Source: Schizochytrium sp. TIO01 (Eukaryota; Protista; Bigyra: Labyrinthulomycetes). Taken from it: a stretch of DNA of 64,000 nt. Location of the stretch: NCBI GenBank assembly GCA_004764695.1, contig SMSO01000037.1, forward strand, positions 2,580,747 through 2,644,746. The letters are read 5' to 3'. A program made the translations under genes and the position numbers. Shown here piece after piece: positions 50,380 through 62,267 of this stretch. Below the pieces are notes generated by a model. The model was given only the letters and a program-made list of their open reading frames with translations, had not been told where the DNA came from and did no database searches. How positions within the stretch are numbered: the stretch's first letter is position 1; every line of letters begins with the position of its first letter.

Positions 50380-51132
50380 ACTCTTGACAGCATCCCCTTT
50401 CACGTAAATACAAAGCACGTGAGAGTGACTGACTTCCGGAGGGATTTCTTTCAAATTATATTTCATGAAGCTTCTCTCGTCGTCACTGCTCCGTGCACCT
50501 GTGCTGTTGTGCTGTTTGCTTCTGCTCTCATTTGATCCAAGATCCATACGTATCATGCAACAAACTTTACAAACAAATCACTACTACCACTCTTTTACTA
50601 TGCGCATAGAATATTCAAATCTAGGTCCATTCACGCTTGTGCTTCATTTCCCGCAACGAACATTGTCACACTCTCTATATGCTTGTTGTTCCATGCGTTT
50701 GGTTCTAGCGAATCTATCTTTGCGATGATTGTACTACTCGTTAGAGGGAAGAGATACCATAGGGAACCTGAAGAAGTAGTCTTTAATATTGCTTTTCTTT
50801 CCTTTTTATTTTTTTCGTTTCTATCTGCTTTATTTCATTCCTTCTCTCCTATTGGTTATCCCGCGTGTTTTTTGTGTTGATGGTTGCTCTGTCAATCTTA
50901 TTGCTTTTCCTTGCAATCAAATTACACCATTAGGCATAATGCATACTTCCAACTCCTTGCATCGTCCCAAATAACCTTCTAGCGATAACTGTGGTCTGGC
51001 CTGGAAAAAGAGTGAACCACGCATCAATAAGCACTATGACACCAAGCTACCTAATAATGCCAATAACGGATAGCGAGCTTCTGGTAGGTAGTCTATTGAA
51101 AAGTATCTCTGTATATATTGCACATTTTTAAT

Positions 51133-51170
51133 TTGTTGTTGTTGTTGTTGTTGTTGTTATTGTTGTTGAT
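51133..51170. repeat. (GTT)n microsatellite
   Basis: Directly visible. Confidence 0.9.
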
Positions 51171-51288
51171 GTTTGAAGTGCAGAGTAGCAAGAGCTGCCA
51201 TGGCTTTCACAATAGTTACCATTTTTCAGTGCTCAAAATAACTCTTTCTAGTTTTGGAATCATGAAATATGGCTAGCCTTGCATTGAG

Positions 51289-52863
51289 TTAACAATACAC
51301 ACCAATTCGGCCAGCTCTGCATCCAAAAATAATTAGCTCAGGCTGAGTGGGCTCAGGTCGCACAACCTCCACGCCACATATACAATTGGGATTTGACCAT
51401 GCAGCTACACAATGGCCTGTTGAGATATCCGTCATGTGTATTACATTGTCTGTTGATACAGAGATAACAAGGGAATCATGAAGCACCTTTACAAACTGAA
51501 CACCTCGCTTGTGCTTATAACTCGCCAAAATCTGCCCACTCAGATTAAAGAGAATCCAGCTACGATCCCATGAGGATGATAAGATTCGTCCATCCTGCGT
51601 ACTTGTTACCGACACAACACTTCCACGATGTCCTCTGCAGACTGTATGCAGCTGGATGCGCTGAACATCCCATACACGGACTGAAAAATCCCTCGACCCG
51701 GACAGCAAAAGCTCAACATTTGTTTCCGGACTCCTCATGACAGATAAACTTTGAACAGGGGCAACGTGCCCGCGAAGTTTACCACAAAGGCGCGGCTGTC
51801 CTGAAGGTACTGCGCACGTCCATAGGCAAATCGTTCCATCTGTTGAGGCACTTGCAAGATCTGCACCGCCAGCTGCGCTCCGCAATGGACACAGTGCAGT
51901 TATGGATCCAATGTGGCCTGAACACGAACCTTTGTATATGCCCAGTTTAGCATCCCATAACCTGATCTGACCATCTAACCACCCGGTTGCAAGAAGCAAT
52001 GCCCATGGTTGGCGGCTAGGACGCGTCATACAAGATAGAATCATTGCGTCCTGTCCATCGCTAGCCGAAATAAGTATTTGCACACGTTGTTCACCATCAT
52101 GAAGGTGCCCAAGTCGTATTAACGCAAGAGTACCCTTCCATGCGCAAGCTATGCGCCATGGCGAAAGAGCAAATAGCTTGTCAATTGCCTCTCTGTCTGG
52201 TGTAATCTGTGCAGAAAAGACCACCATACCTGACATCAAATCATTTACTTGCAGTACCCCTTGCGATGTGCCACTCACAATCGATCGCCCAGCAGCACAA
52301 ATGCATTTCATCTCGCCAAACGTTGTCCTTGCTTTTGGGTCGAGCATATTGCTCCATTGTGCATGCAGCCCCGGCAACTGCCAGCGAGCCTTGTTAAGTC
52401 TACGAACAAACAAATCATGGGTCCCAAGCTCACTCACAAGTCGGATATACAAATGTTCCTCAAGAAATGGGAGTGCATCTTCTCCGCATGCACCTGTGCG
52501 TCGCAGAGCTTGTGATACGCTTGCTCTACCCACGCCTGTTTTGTCTAACAAATAGCCTAGTTCTCGCAGCTGGCCTGCCTCCGCGATGGCTCGAATCCAT
52601 GGAATTTGTTCTGTCACAAGCCTAACTGCTTCTCCAATAGCTGACGGAAGCTTTGGATAATTAGGTTGTACCTCGCCACCGTCACCTCTGAGGTCCGTGG
52701 CCGGATTCCCAGAGCTGGTTTCGAGTTCTGGTCCCAGAACGAGAGCTTGAATCACAGTTGTCAAATCCCTCGGAGTGAGCATTTCCACGATGCAGGAGAC
52801 GACGGCGACGTCGCCGTCGTAAAAGCTACTACCAAGACGCGAAAAGCGTGGGGGGGATCTCAT
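51289..52863 (-). CDS. WD40-repeat protein with a possible degenerate N-terminal F-box
   Basis: GHIGSITAL...ASASTDGTICLW, GHVAPVQSL...SGSRDFSVRVWD, GHRGSVVSV...SSSWDRSWILF; N-terminal SCIVEMLTPRDL is weakly F-box-like. Confidence 0.85.
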   Translation of the reverse strand: MRSPPRFSRLGSSFYDGDVAVVSCIVEMLTPRDLTTVIQALVLGPELETSSGNPATDLRGDGGEVQPNYPKLPSAIGEAVRLVTEQIPWIRAIAEAGQLRELGYLLDKTGVGRASVSQALRRTGACGEDALPFLEEHLYIRLVSELGTHDLFVRRLNKARWQLPGLHAQWSNMLDPKARTTFGEMKCICAAGRSIVSGTSQGVLQVNDLMSGMVVFSAQITPDREAIDKLFALSPWRIACAWKGTLALIRLGHLHDGEQRVQILISASDGQDAMILSCMTRPSRQPWALLLATGWLDGQIRLWDAKLGIYKGSCSGHIGSITALCPLRSAAGGADLASASTDGTICLWTCAVPSGQPRLCGKLRGHVAPVQSLSVMRSPETNVELLLSGSRDFSVRVWDVQRIQLHTVCRGHRGSVVSVTSTQDGRILSSSWDRSWILFNLSGQILASYKHKRGVQFVKVLHDSLVISVSTDNVIHMTDISTGHCVAAWSNPNCICGVEVVRPEPTQPELIIFGCRAGRIGVYC

Positions 52864-53570
52864 GCTTTCCAAACTTAAGCCTCAGGGATGGATGGCGAGT
52901 AGAAAACTCACGAGATGGTTTTGCCGAGACAATTCTTGAGATACTTCTTTTGATTCTCAAAATAAAGATTTCGAGAGCACAGAAAAAAAAAGATAATCAA
53001 AGTTCATGAGTTTGCATTGTGGGGAAAGTCTAAAATGGGACACTGGCCTAATATCTGGACAGCGAACGTGATCAAGAGGCATTGCCAGCCTCGAATGCTC
53101 TTATTATTATCTCCAATCTCATTCTCGCTTAGGCCTTTTTATAAAACCAGATATCAAAGCCGCAGGCGTTAATTTCTTTTCCAGACGTTGTTTGCGTGTG
53201 TCAATCAAACAATTGCACTTCTTTACTAACACCATGAAACCTTGGAAAGATTCCAACGACTAATCTATTTCACGATGAATCTAAATGAACTCTATGAGTT
53301 GACCCAAGTTTGGATTAAGCAAACTTTATTTATGAAAAAGTAATACATGGTCTTGGAAAGCTCTCTTTTATTTTGAGAAAGAAGTGTTTGAATACAGGAA
53401 TTCCGGAATCATTTAACATTTATCCAGGAATTCCGGGTTACAAGGGACGAACTTGAAAAATCTGATCTTCATTGTTCTCAACACAAAATCAAAACACGAA
53501 TTGCGGTTTGCTGACCTTGCACAGTCTATTCTGTGCCCAGTTTCGGGTCACAGGCGAGGCGTCAGTGAGC

Positions 53571-54344
53571 ATGGCGGACCGTTTGCCAACCAGTGTATTG
53601 TGCGAGCGAGTATTCCCATTGCTCGATGCAGCGGATCTGTGTAGCTGTGAGGCAGTTCGCAAAGACTGGTGTCAACTTTTGCGAGATCCAGAGATGGGAG
53701 CCCCAGCGTGGAAGTCGGTGTGTCAATCAACATGGAGAGGGAAAGCAAACATGCCGTTCTCTTACAAAGGAGCCCGTGAAACACCATTTCATAAAATCAA
53801 ACTCACTACGCACGCCATCCAGAAGCTGACCATCAAAGAGCTTCGCGAAATTCTCGCTCTTCGCGGTATTGATTCAAGGCGCTTCTTGGAAAAGGCCGAG
53901 TTCGTGAGAGAATTTATAAGATCTTCGCCAGTCCAGATACTGGGATACTCTATGGAGTTTGAGAGCAAGTGGAAGGCCAGCTACGTATACGCACTGCGGG
54001 ACTCCATGCGAAGCGATATTTCCAAGGACGAGTTGGTCAATGCAGAGTGGACCTTCTTTATAAAGCACCAGCCTATGCATTATGAGCAGTTTAAGTTTAA
54101 TTGGGATGGCAGTGTGCGAAGTACGATGCGAGGGGGAATCTCGCCGAGCTCACGTTGGTTCATGCGCCACTTTAATCCAACCATTATACAGGTGGATGGC
54201 TACCCAGAGCTCCACGTCAGCCGTCGCAAAGAAGACTGGGGCTTCAAACTAGAGAACCAATACGTAGTTTTTTATTCTGACGTCTACGGTTGCAATGTTG
54301 GTGCTATGTTTGAGCGAGAATATCACAGTGAACGGCCGAACTAA
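53571..54344 (+). CDS. F-box protein with an internal SAP/HeH-like helical module, 257 aa
   Basis: MADRLPTSVLCERVFPLLDAADLCSCEAVRKDW (F-box); LTIKELREILALRGIDSRRFLEKAEFV (SAP-like). Confidence 0.85.
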   Translation: MADRLPTSVLCERVFPLLDAADLCSCEAVRKDWCQLLRDPEMGAPAWKSVCQSTWRGKANMPFSYKGARETPFHKIKLTTHAIQKLTIKELREILALRGIDSRRFLEKAEFVREFIRSSPVQILGYSMEFESKWKASYVYALRDSMRSDISKDELVNAEWTFFIKHQPMHYEQFKFNWDGSVRSTMRGGISPSSRWFMRHFNPTIIQVDGYPELHVSRRKEDWGFKLENQYVVFYSDVYGCNVGAMFEREYHSERPN

Positions 54345-55779
54345 ATATGTACCATCATATGAACTGGAACTTGTGCTTTTTAGTTTTATCAACAACACTG
54401 TGTCTCGATCTGTATTGCCATTCTCGTAGGATTAGAATTTGTATTTAGATCGGCACTGCACATCATCTTGGGACGGGAAAGGGCTATACACACACTAGTA
54501 GACTCCTGATTGCAAATTCATATTTTGGCTCTTCTTCTCATACTTCATTAATTTTTTATCTTTTCTAGACTCGGAAACCAGCCTTATGAAGGATTAGTGA
54601 CATGCCCCTTCCAAGCCTCTTGTTTCTGCTCTAGTTGGACTTATGTGTATGCATAATTTTTATTCTTTTATTCTTTTACTCTTTCGACGGGCGCTGCTTA
54701 ATGTGAAGCTGAGTTCTTTTATTTGAATTGTTGCCCCGGTAGAAAGGAGGAATTCTCGCTGTTTGTGAAAGCTACCCAAGCCTTTTCTCAACCAGAATTA
54801 TAACCTTTGACTTCCACCTTGGAATTCTACAAACCAAAACGAACTATTGGTTGGGTTTAGTAAAGCATCTGAGATTGCCGCTGATTCTTCTTTGTTCCTC
54901 CACGCCTATATCCCACTCTTAAATTATCGTCCTAGTATCATAGAAGGTATTTCTTATACTCCATAGCCTTATCAGGGAATACCTCAGGTCATGCTAGCGG
55001 CAAAAGCTACCTTTTCAAGCTCCCTGACAAAGGGACTTTGTTGATTCTCCAGGTCAAATCATCTTACACTTGAACCCCTATTGTCTAGTTCTTCTGGGTT
55101 CATCATCCATAATCTTGGCTTTAGCAAAATTGCTACTATCGCCTTTGGAGGCGTGGAAAAAAGCATCGCTGCACAGCCTTCCTGTGGCTCTATTAGTAGT
55201 CTGAAGGTACTATTGCCTTATTAACTAGTCTTAGTACCTTCGAAAAAGAAAAAAGAGAGCATTTGTTTTATTTAATTAATTAAATTTAATTTTAAAAAAA
55301 GAATACGTATAATTAAAATTGGGCTAGTGCTCCTGAGGTTTCCTGCGTTAATAGAAAATGGCGATCAAGTTGATCTTCATCTCCAACGAAGTGTAAATCA
55401 GCTGAGCTGATGTTCAAATATCTTCCTTTATGGAGGGAATCGCTTCGCGTTATGTTTCCTCACAAATAAGTATAAATAATATAATACTTGAAGTTCATCA
55501 ACGATTTATTTTGGTTTACAAAGTATTTTACATCGTCTAAAGAATAACTTCGGATTAAAGAGTCGTCGTCATCGCATGGGTCTCGCAAGGACCGCATGAC
55601 GGCAATCCCCAAACTCCTTGCGAGGTCGTGCGCGGATCCTATCGTGGCCTGAGCTCCGGACCTTTATTCCTACTTTAGGGGCTGCTGTTTGCAATACATC
55701 ACGAACTAGTTTTGGCTGATCGGAGTAAACTCAAACTCTGTAAAGTTGATCTTACTTCACCGTTTTGGGTTTGTATACC

Positions 55780-58700
55780 ATGGACCTTTTGTTACAGGAT
55801 GTTCTTGAGAGTAATGGCGGCGATGCCGCTGTCACGAAGCTTCGCCAGCAGGCCGAAAATGAACAGCTTGATAGTTCGGAGACATTTGCGCTGATTGCTC
55901 GTGGTCTTGAAGGCCTCCTAGCAAAACGCGAGGATATTGCTCAGGACCTTATGTGCGGAGTAGCTGTGCTTGCACAAGTCAAAGGCAACAAGTCTTCTTC
56001 TCAAATTCACCTTGACCTCAAGTCTGCTAGCACCCCCCTGATTAAAGCAAATAAAGAATGCGATGTAGCAGCCAAAGCTGACATTCGCGTGATATTTGAG
56101 ACTGAAGACCAGTTCCGTGGTGTTATGTCTCAGCGGTTGGATTTCATGAAGCTAGTACAGCTAGGTCAGATTCAAACCGAAGGATCTTTGCGTACTAAAA
56201 TGAAACTTATGGGTCTCGCAGAGGTTGCCAAACGCTTAGAACAAGAAGGTCAAGAACGACGTAATCGAGAGGCTATGGCTTCGATTTCGTGGGAGAACGA
56301 ACCTTTACGAGGCAGCTTCCGAGGTCTGCTGGAAAAAAAGAGCGAATGGTTGAAGAATTGGAATCAACGTTACTTTATTCTTGAATGGGACCCATTCAAC
56401 AGGCCGACTCTATCATATGCTGTACGAGAAGGAGAACCTCCTCGAGACACAATTGAGCTCCATACATCATGTACTGTGCAAGCACGTGTTACAACAAGAA
56501 GGGATAAGTTACACCAAGCAGCATTTGCACTTGTGGACAGACGCTCTGGGGAGGATCTATTAGTACTTTGTGCTCCATCAGAAGAAGTCCGTGCAGATTG
56601 GCTGAGGTGTTTGAAAGCTGCCATCACTGCCCGAGCCAGAGGGCGCGCACATGCTGCTGCAGGGGGTTCTGTAGCAGGTGGGAACATCCGTAGCAGGGGA
56701 ATCGCAACCTGCAACACCCCGGAAGCGGAAAACCATCGCCCGACCGCCTATGCTTGCTGCTACTGGGGTCTCAACATCAAGTCTCTTGCCCACCCCAGGT
56801 CGAGGTGGACAAAGAGAAGATACATCTGATTCAGGTGATGCAGAAGAGTACGAGTCTACGATTGATGCTCAACTCCTAGCAGATGTGTCTGCACAGCTTG
56901 TGGCTAGTGGCGTTGAGTCACATCTTGCTTTTATTCTCCGCAAGCTTAATTGGGCTGTGGTCCCAATGCTTGTCACTGCGGGCTTGGCAATTCACTCGCT
57001 TGCAAGGTATACTATTGAGTTAGAGCCACCTACCCTCTGGGAGGCCTCTTCTGTGGTTGCAGGGACTACGGTAGTTGCGGGTCTCCTCACAAAATCTTCC
57101 TTTTTTGAGCTACTTCGCCGCAGGGTGTCTGTCCTTTCTCTTGCTGCAAAACTCATTGTAGACCTCAAAATTACAGATATGAAAACTAGCGACATGCCAC
57201 CCATGCATGCCGACGCAACCTGGCGCGTGAAGCAACGTGCAGTAGCAGAGCAGGTTTATGCGAATTCTCTTAGCTTAGGAGGGCTTTGGGTCAAGGTTGC
57301 TCAGCACATGGGCGCTCGAGCTGACATCATGCCGGAGGGAATTGTTAATGTCTTGTCACGCCTGCAAGATGAGGTTCCGCCAACACCTTTCGCTCAGCTC
57401 AAGCCGCATTTAGAGCGCGAGCTAGGTGTTTCAATTCAAGAAGCATTTTCGGAGTTTCAGGAAATCCCGATCGCTGCTGCAAGCATTGGACAGGTCCATA
57501 TAGGTCGACTTCGAGAAGATGGAGCCAAGGTAGTTATCAAGGTTCAACATCCTGGAGTTGACCGACTCCTACGGCAAGACGTGCAAAATATGGGTCTTAT
57601 CACCTCCTGGATTGGAATTGTAGATCGTCGGCTTAGTGATATGGCACGCGATGTAATGGATCATTGGAGGAAAAATGTTCTCAATGAACTCGACTTTCAC
57701 AACGAAGTGAGCAACATGACAGAGGTTGGTGCAAGCCTAGCTACATGCGACGAGGTATATGCATCTGTGCCAACTGTTGTTGAGAGTCTCTGCTCACGAC
57801 GTGTTATTACCATGCGATTTGTACGAGGTTGCAAGGTAACAGACTTTGACGCACTCGCCAACGTTGGTGTTGCAGGGCTAAACTCCCGCAGCAATCTTGC
57901 TGACGATATTTGTAATGCATTTGCACATCAAATCTTCATCGGTGGACTAGTTAATGCTGATCCCCACCCTGGCAATGTTCTTGTGGCTAAGCGCTCAGAT
58001 GTGTCGCATAATGAAATTATGCGACTTCCCGAGACTATGGATAAGGCTGAGGTACCACGAGCAGTGCCTGTCATCCTTGATTTTGGTCTTGCCCTGCGAG
58101 TCCCAGATCAAGTACGCTATGGCCTGGCCCGTGTTGTGTTGGCAGGTTCTCAACTGGATGCTGGAGGTCTCTTTGAAGGATCTGATGTCCTTGGAATTCG
58201 ACTTACGAGAGAAAACCTTCTTGATGATTTTGGAGGCTTGCAGCATCTAATGCGCGATACAGCTCCTCCTGATGAATCTCGACAACAAGCGCTGGAACGG
58301 ATGGAGATTGAACGGAAAAAATGGGAACAGCAGAACTTTGAGATTCCTGTAGAAGCTTTTCCTCCTGAACTCGTACTCATGATTCGCTCACTTCAACTTG
58401 TACGCGCACTGTGTTCGACGCTACGGGTCAGACAACCATTTATCAAGACTCTTGCGTCATGGGCTCATAGAGCTCTTTTGGAGCGCTATCCAGAGCCAGC
58501 AACCATGCTTGACACACCAAGAGATGTCTCAGAGTCTACTCATCAATCTGCATCGGCAGCTGCTTTGGAGCGCAAACTTCGCGAAGCTATCAGAGATCAC
58601 GCAGAAGAAATCCAAGGTATTCAGGTAGCTGTTATTTGTAAAGACGGCGTCATATCCATTGCAGAAGGGCAACTCTCGCATATTGATCGCCGTCCAGTCT

Positions 58701-59756
58701 CTCGTGAAACACTTTTTCCTGGCCTTGCCCTTGCACAATCTGTTGCACAGATATGTGTTCACGCGGAGCTTGCACGTATTGGAAGCGCCCCTGATGAGGC
58801 GCTGCTGAGTGGAGATCTATCACAAATTTCATTTGACCCAACTGCCGTTTCCGTCGACTTTTGATTCAAAGAATGCACGGGATTGGAAATCGCATCTTGA
58901 GTTTATCAAGGAGATTTCGCAAAAATCACAAACCAACGGTGGTGATGCAAGTAGTGATGACGATTCTATGATAGCCGGGGCTGAGCTACCGTACGAGTTT
59001 TCGCACCTGGCATTTTCATGGGGCTGGGCTGTGATGAGTCTTTTGCAAGGTAAAACCACGCCGAGCGAGGGCCTCTGTATATTTGCTCAGAAGGCGCGCG
59101 AGTTTTCTCCAAACCTGTTATTTGGCCTAGAATCCGAGGAGGAAGCCAAAGAGCTTTTGGAAGCCGGAAAGCTTGCACAGAGTTCGTTTCCTGTGGAAAA
59201 GCTTATGGAGCAACATGGTGTGCGTGACGTTGGATCCATGGGCAGCGTGGAAACAATGGGCGATCAGAATCCTTTATCGATGGTTTCAGAAGCAGTTCCA
59301 ACTCTGAAGGGAAAAGAATTCTGGCTTGATCCCCGTATGACTAATGTCCCGCGTCTTGCAGCAGCTTGTCTTCCCGCAATGAACCTGCTTTGTACTGCTG
59401 ATGCAATGGCCGAGATTATGCATCATATAGGTGGCTGTCAGGACCATGATAGTGAAGTCTTGCATCCTGATGCTGTTGAGCGAATCCGCGATTCAGTTGG
59501 GAAATCAGGTGATGACCCTTTTGCTGGAGGTCGCTTAGGTTTGCGCAAATTCAAATTTAGCCGGAAAGATGGCCAATCCCAAACTATAGGAATCGGCCAG
59601 ATTGCCTTTGGGGGTAACGCTCTCTTAACCTTTCCTGATCTTTCTGTCACAATTTGTATTCTGGTGAACCAATTGAGCATGGACTCGGCGCCTACACAAG
59701 CTTGCCTTGATGTTCTGTATCAAACTTTTGAGATTGCATCTGAAGGAGACTATTAA
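55780..59756 (+). CDS. SCP2-like - PH - ABC1/ADCK atypical kinase - beta-lactamase-fold fusion protein; two apparent +1 nt indels (56680-56682, ~58800-58860)
   Basis: SCP2-like KADIRVIFETEDQFRGVMSQRLDFMKLVQLGQIQTEGS; PH GLLEKKSEWLKNWNQRYFIL...LCAPSEEVRADWLRCL; ABC1 motifs KVAQ, AAASIGQVH, VIKVQHPG, NADPHPGN, LDFG; beta-lactamase-fold GIQVAV, FSWGW, PAMNLLCTA, IGQIAFGG...ICILVN. Three overlapping same-strand ORFs in a continuous domain order. Confidence 0.82.
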
Positions 59757-60035
59757 TGAGTTATTGCGACACTAATTTAGCACCAAATCAGGGGTAGATT
59801 TTATGAACAGATATTTTCGTATCAATACAGAAAGACTTGGGCAAGCAAAACTTGACTCTGCGGCGATGTACACACTTTAGTCATGTATGGTAACTTAGTA
59901 GAAACCGATGCAAATGATGGGCTTGAGAGGAGCGGTGTTTGCGTCGAACAGAAGGCTATTCCTGCGGGAAGCCCATGAAGACATGATGCAAAGCTTTTAA
60001 GTGATTATTTTTTGTTTTGATTAGTTTATTAGAAT

Positions 60036-60961
60036 CTATGCACTTGTCGAAAAAAATTGTTTTGCAACTTTATGTGCTTCCTCCCGCGTCACAAGATGAA
60101 GCCCTCTCTGAGCACTCAGGCACACTGTGTTTAGCCCTCTTATAGTATCCACGGCCTTTGTTTCATCGACTCCGTGTGTATCAGCTTGGCTGGCCTCTTC
60201 ATCATCGATCTCTACATCGGAGTCCTGTTGCTCTTGAGCGTTGTTCTCATCATCCTCGAGCAAATTTGCCTTCAATTCCTCCTGGTGTTTTGCAAACTGT
60301 TCTGAAGCAACAATTGCCAATTCGACGAGAGTAGTTTTGTTTAAACTTCGGATACTGCTCTCGCGACTAGAGGCTGCAAACGAAGTATTACGAAGCAAAG
60401 TCTCGAGGCTCACAGGGAGATGTACAAGTAAAAGTTCAAGTAGTTGAGCTTTTGACATACAATCATAGATATTTCGGCGTACTCCAGCATAAACTTCGAA
60501 TTGCGGGACTGCACTACGCACAGCGTCTTGGTCTCGCTCACGCTTGTAAGCTCCTGCCTTCCATTGAGGTCCATCCCCCTTACACGAATCAATTGCATAC
60601 TCCACGGTATCCTTACGTGGAAACTCCCCTGTGATTAGCAAGCGATGTACGACTCGTCTGTAAGTTGTCAGTGTCATGCATTTCCAGAGGCTCTCTCAAT
60701 GGTGGAAAAACTTACAGCGTTGTGTTGACATCCTTAGCAGTAAAACCTCCCGGGTTGCGTGAAAGAGATGAGTTGGTTAAGTAATCTTGATGGGGCTCTG
60801 ACTAGAGTTTGCTGATTTTGCAGAAACCAAGCCTGGAAGCTTGGTCTTCTCACGTATCATGTTGTTTCCATATCGTACAGAGGCGTGCTATGCAAGTACG
60901 TACAGAATGAATTTCTAGTAATACTGGGACTTCCCGACTTTTCAATGGGCGCGGGATCCAT
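60036..60961 (-). CDS. Hypothetical spliced protein with an acidic segment; 5' structure uncertain
   Basis: 213-codon ORF 60036..60677; a GTAAGT...CTGAC...TTACAG intron at 60658-60715 joins an upstream open frame; possible first exon from ATG 60961 with a GTACGT donor, not cleanly resolved. Confidence 0.5.
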
Positions 60962-62267
60962 CGCAGGCAAAGCCACGCCAAATATAATAAAATGGGTTGT
61001 TCAAAGTTCGAGGAGAATTCCGATACACACCCATAGATCCGTTTCATGTTTTTGAAAAAGGAACAAATAATATTCTAAATGCCATTGATGGTAAGCAAAG
61101 AAAGATAGGACCGTTCCAGTGAGGAAGACAGAGCCTAAATGCCTTGTATGATGGTTATAAGGCCCTTTTGGGTTAGATTGAAACTCAATTGGCATGCCCG
61201 ATTATAGATAAGTTTACACTCATTCTTGATTTTATATTTATCTTTTAAAACCATGTACAAGGTCAAAATATAATACGGATACATGGGCATTACACTAGAA
61301 ACCCACAGACACAGAGATAAGCACAGACAAATAAAATTGTACGTTTATTAGGAGCAGGGGATCAGTAGGCTCTGTTTAGGGAGTGAATGGGGGAAGGAAA
61401 GACTGTAGAAATTTGGAGAAACAGCAAGATTACAGCACATAAAGACAACCCAACATGCTCTTAAAGCAAGAGGACGAGACACAAGGCAGAGAAATCATGT
61501 TTCTTTGGTCAACTACAATCTAGAATCAAGTTTACTTAGTCTTGTGTTCTGTGTTGCTTGAAAACCCAAGTAAGCTTCCAAAAGCTACAGGAGAGAAAAG
61601 AAGGCATAACAAGAGGAATCACGGTTAGCAGGGCCGAGTCCGTTATAGTTTGGCCTCAGTCTTACCGTTTAGAGACACTTCGGTACACAAACGTGCGGCC
61701 ATTTACTGCTAGATGTACAGTAATAGGGTAAACATCCTTACTCTTTTTGAAAGAGAAAAGGATGCAGACGCACTTGTGTTAAAATGTTTCCTGAGGTGAG
61801 ATTCAAAGCGAACAAAGCATGACAGCATTGAGACGAAGTGCATGACAATGTAGGGGAATACGAAAGCTTCACCTGGGCGTTTTGAATTATCTTGAAAGTA
61901 ATACTTCGAAGTTACGTCCGGACTGAAACTTTGGGCAAAGATATACCCGTTCTACCACGTCTATGGGGTGCAATATGTATGCTCTTGGAAGTTCTCATCA
62001 CCTAACAAACATCTTGATTAGTTAACAGATTCATCCTGACTTTTATTTCCATTAGAAAAATCTGAATTAAAAGCGTTATTCATATTTCAATTAGGTAGTA
62101 CACAAAGTGCCTGCCAAAGTTAATTTTCAGAGTGTTGTAAAACTCTGATCTTTATAACTTATAAACAAGTAGTTGTGTAAACCTCGAGGTCCTCCTCGAG
62201 GTTTATGTCATTGTTCGCTGAGCAAGAACACAACTTCATGACGAAGTAATCATATTTTGTGAGTTCA

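Noticed and set aside
49630-50556. 308-aa minus-strand ORF
   Set aside because: Antisense shadow of the Mpo1-like gene.
56670-58865. Programmed ribosomal frameshifting or true pseudogenes at the four frame breaks
   Set aside because: Each is fixed by one base, mostly in G/C homopolymers, in unrelated and otherwise intact genes; assembly indels are more parsimonious.
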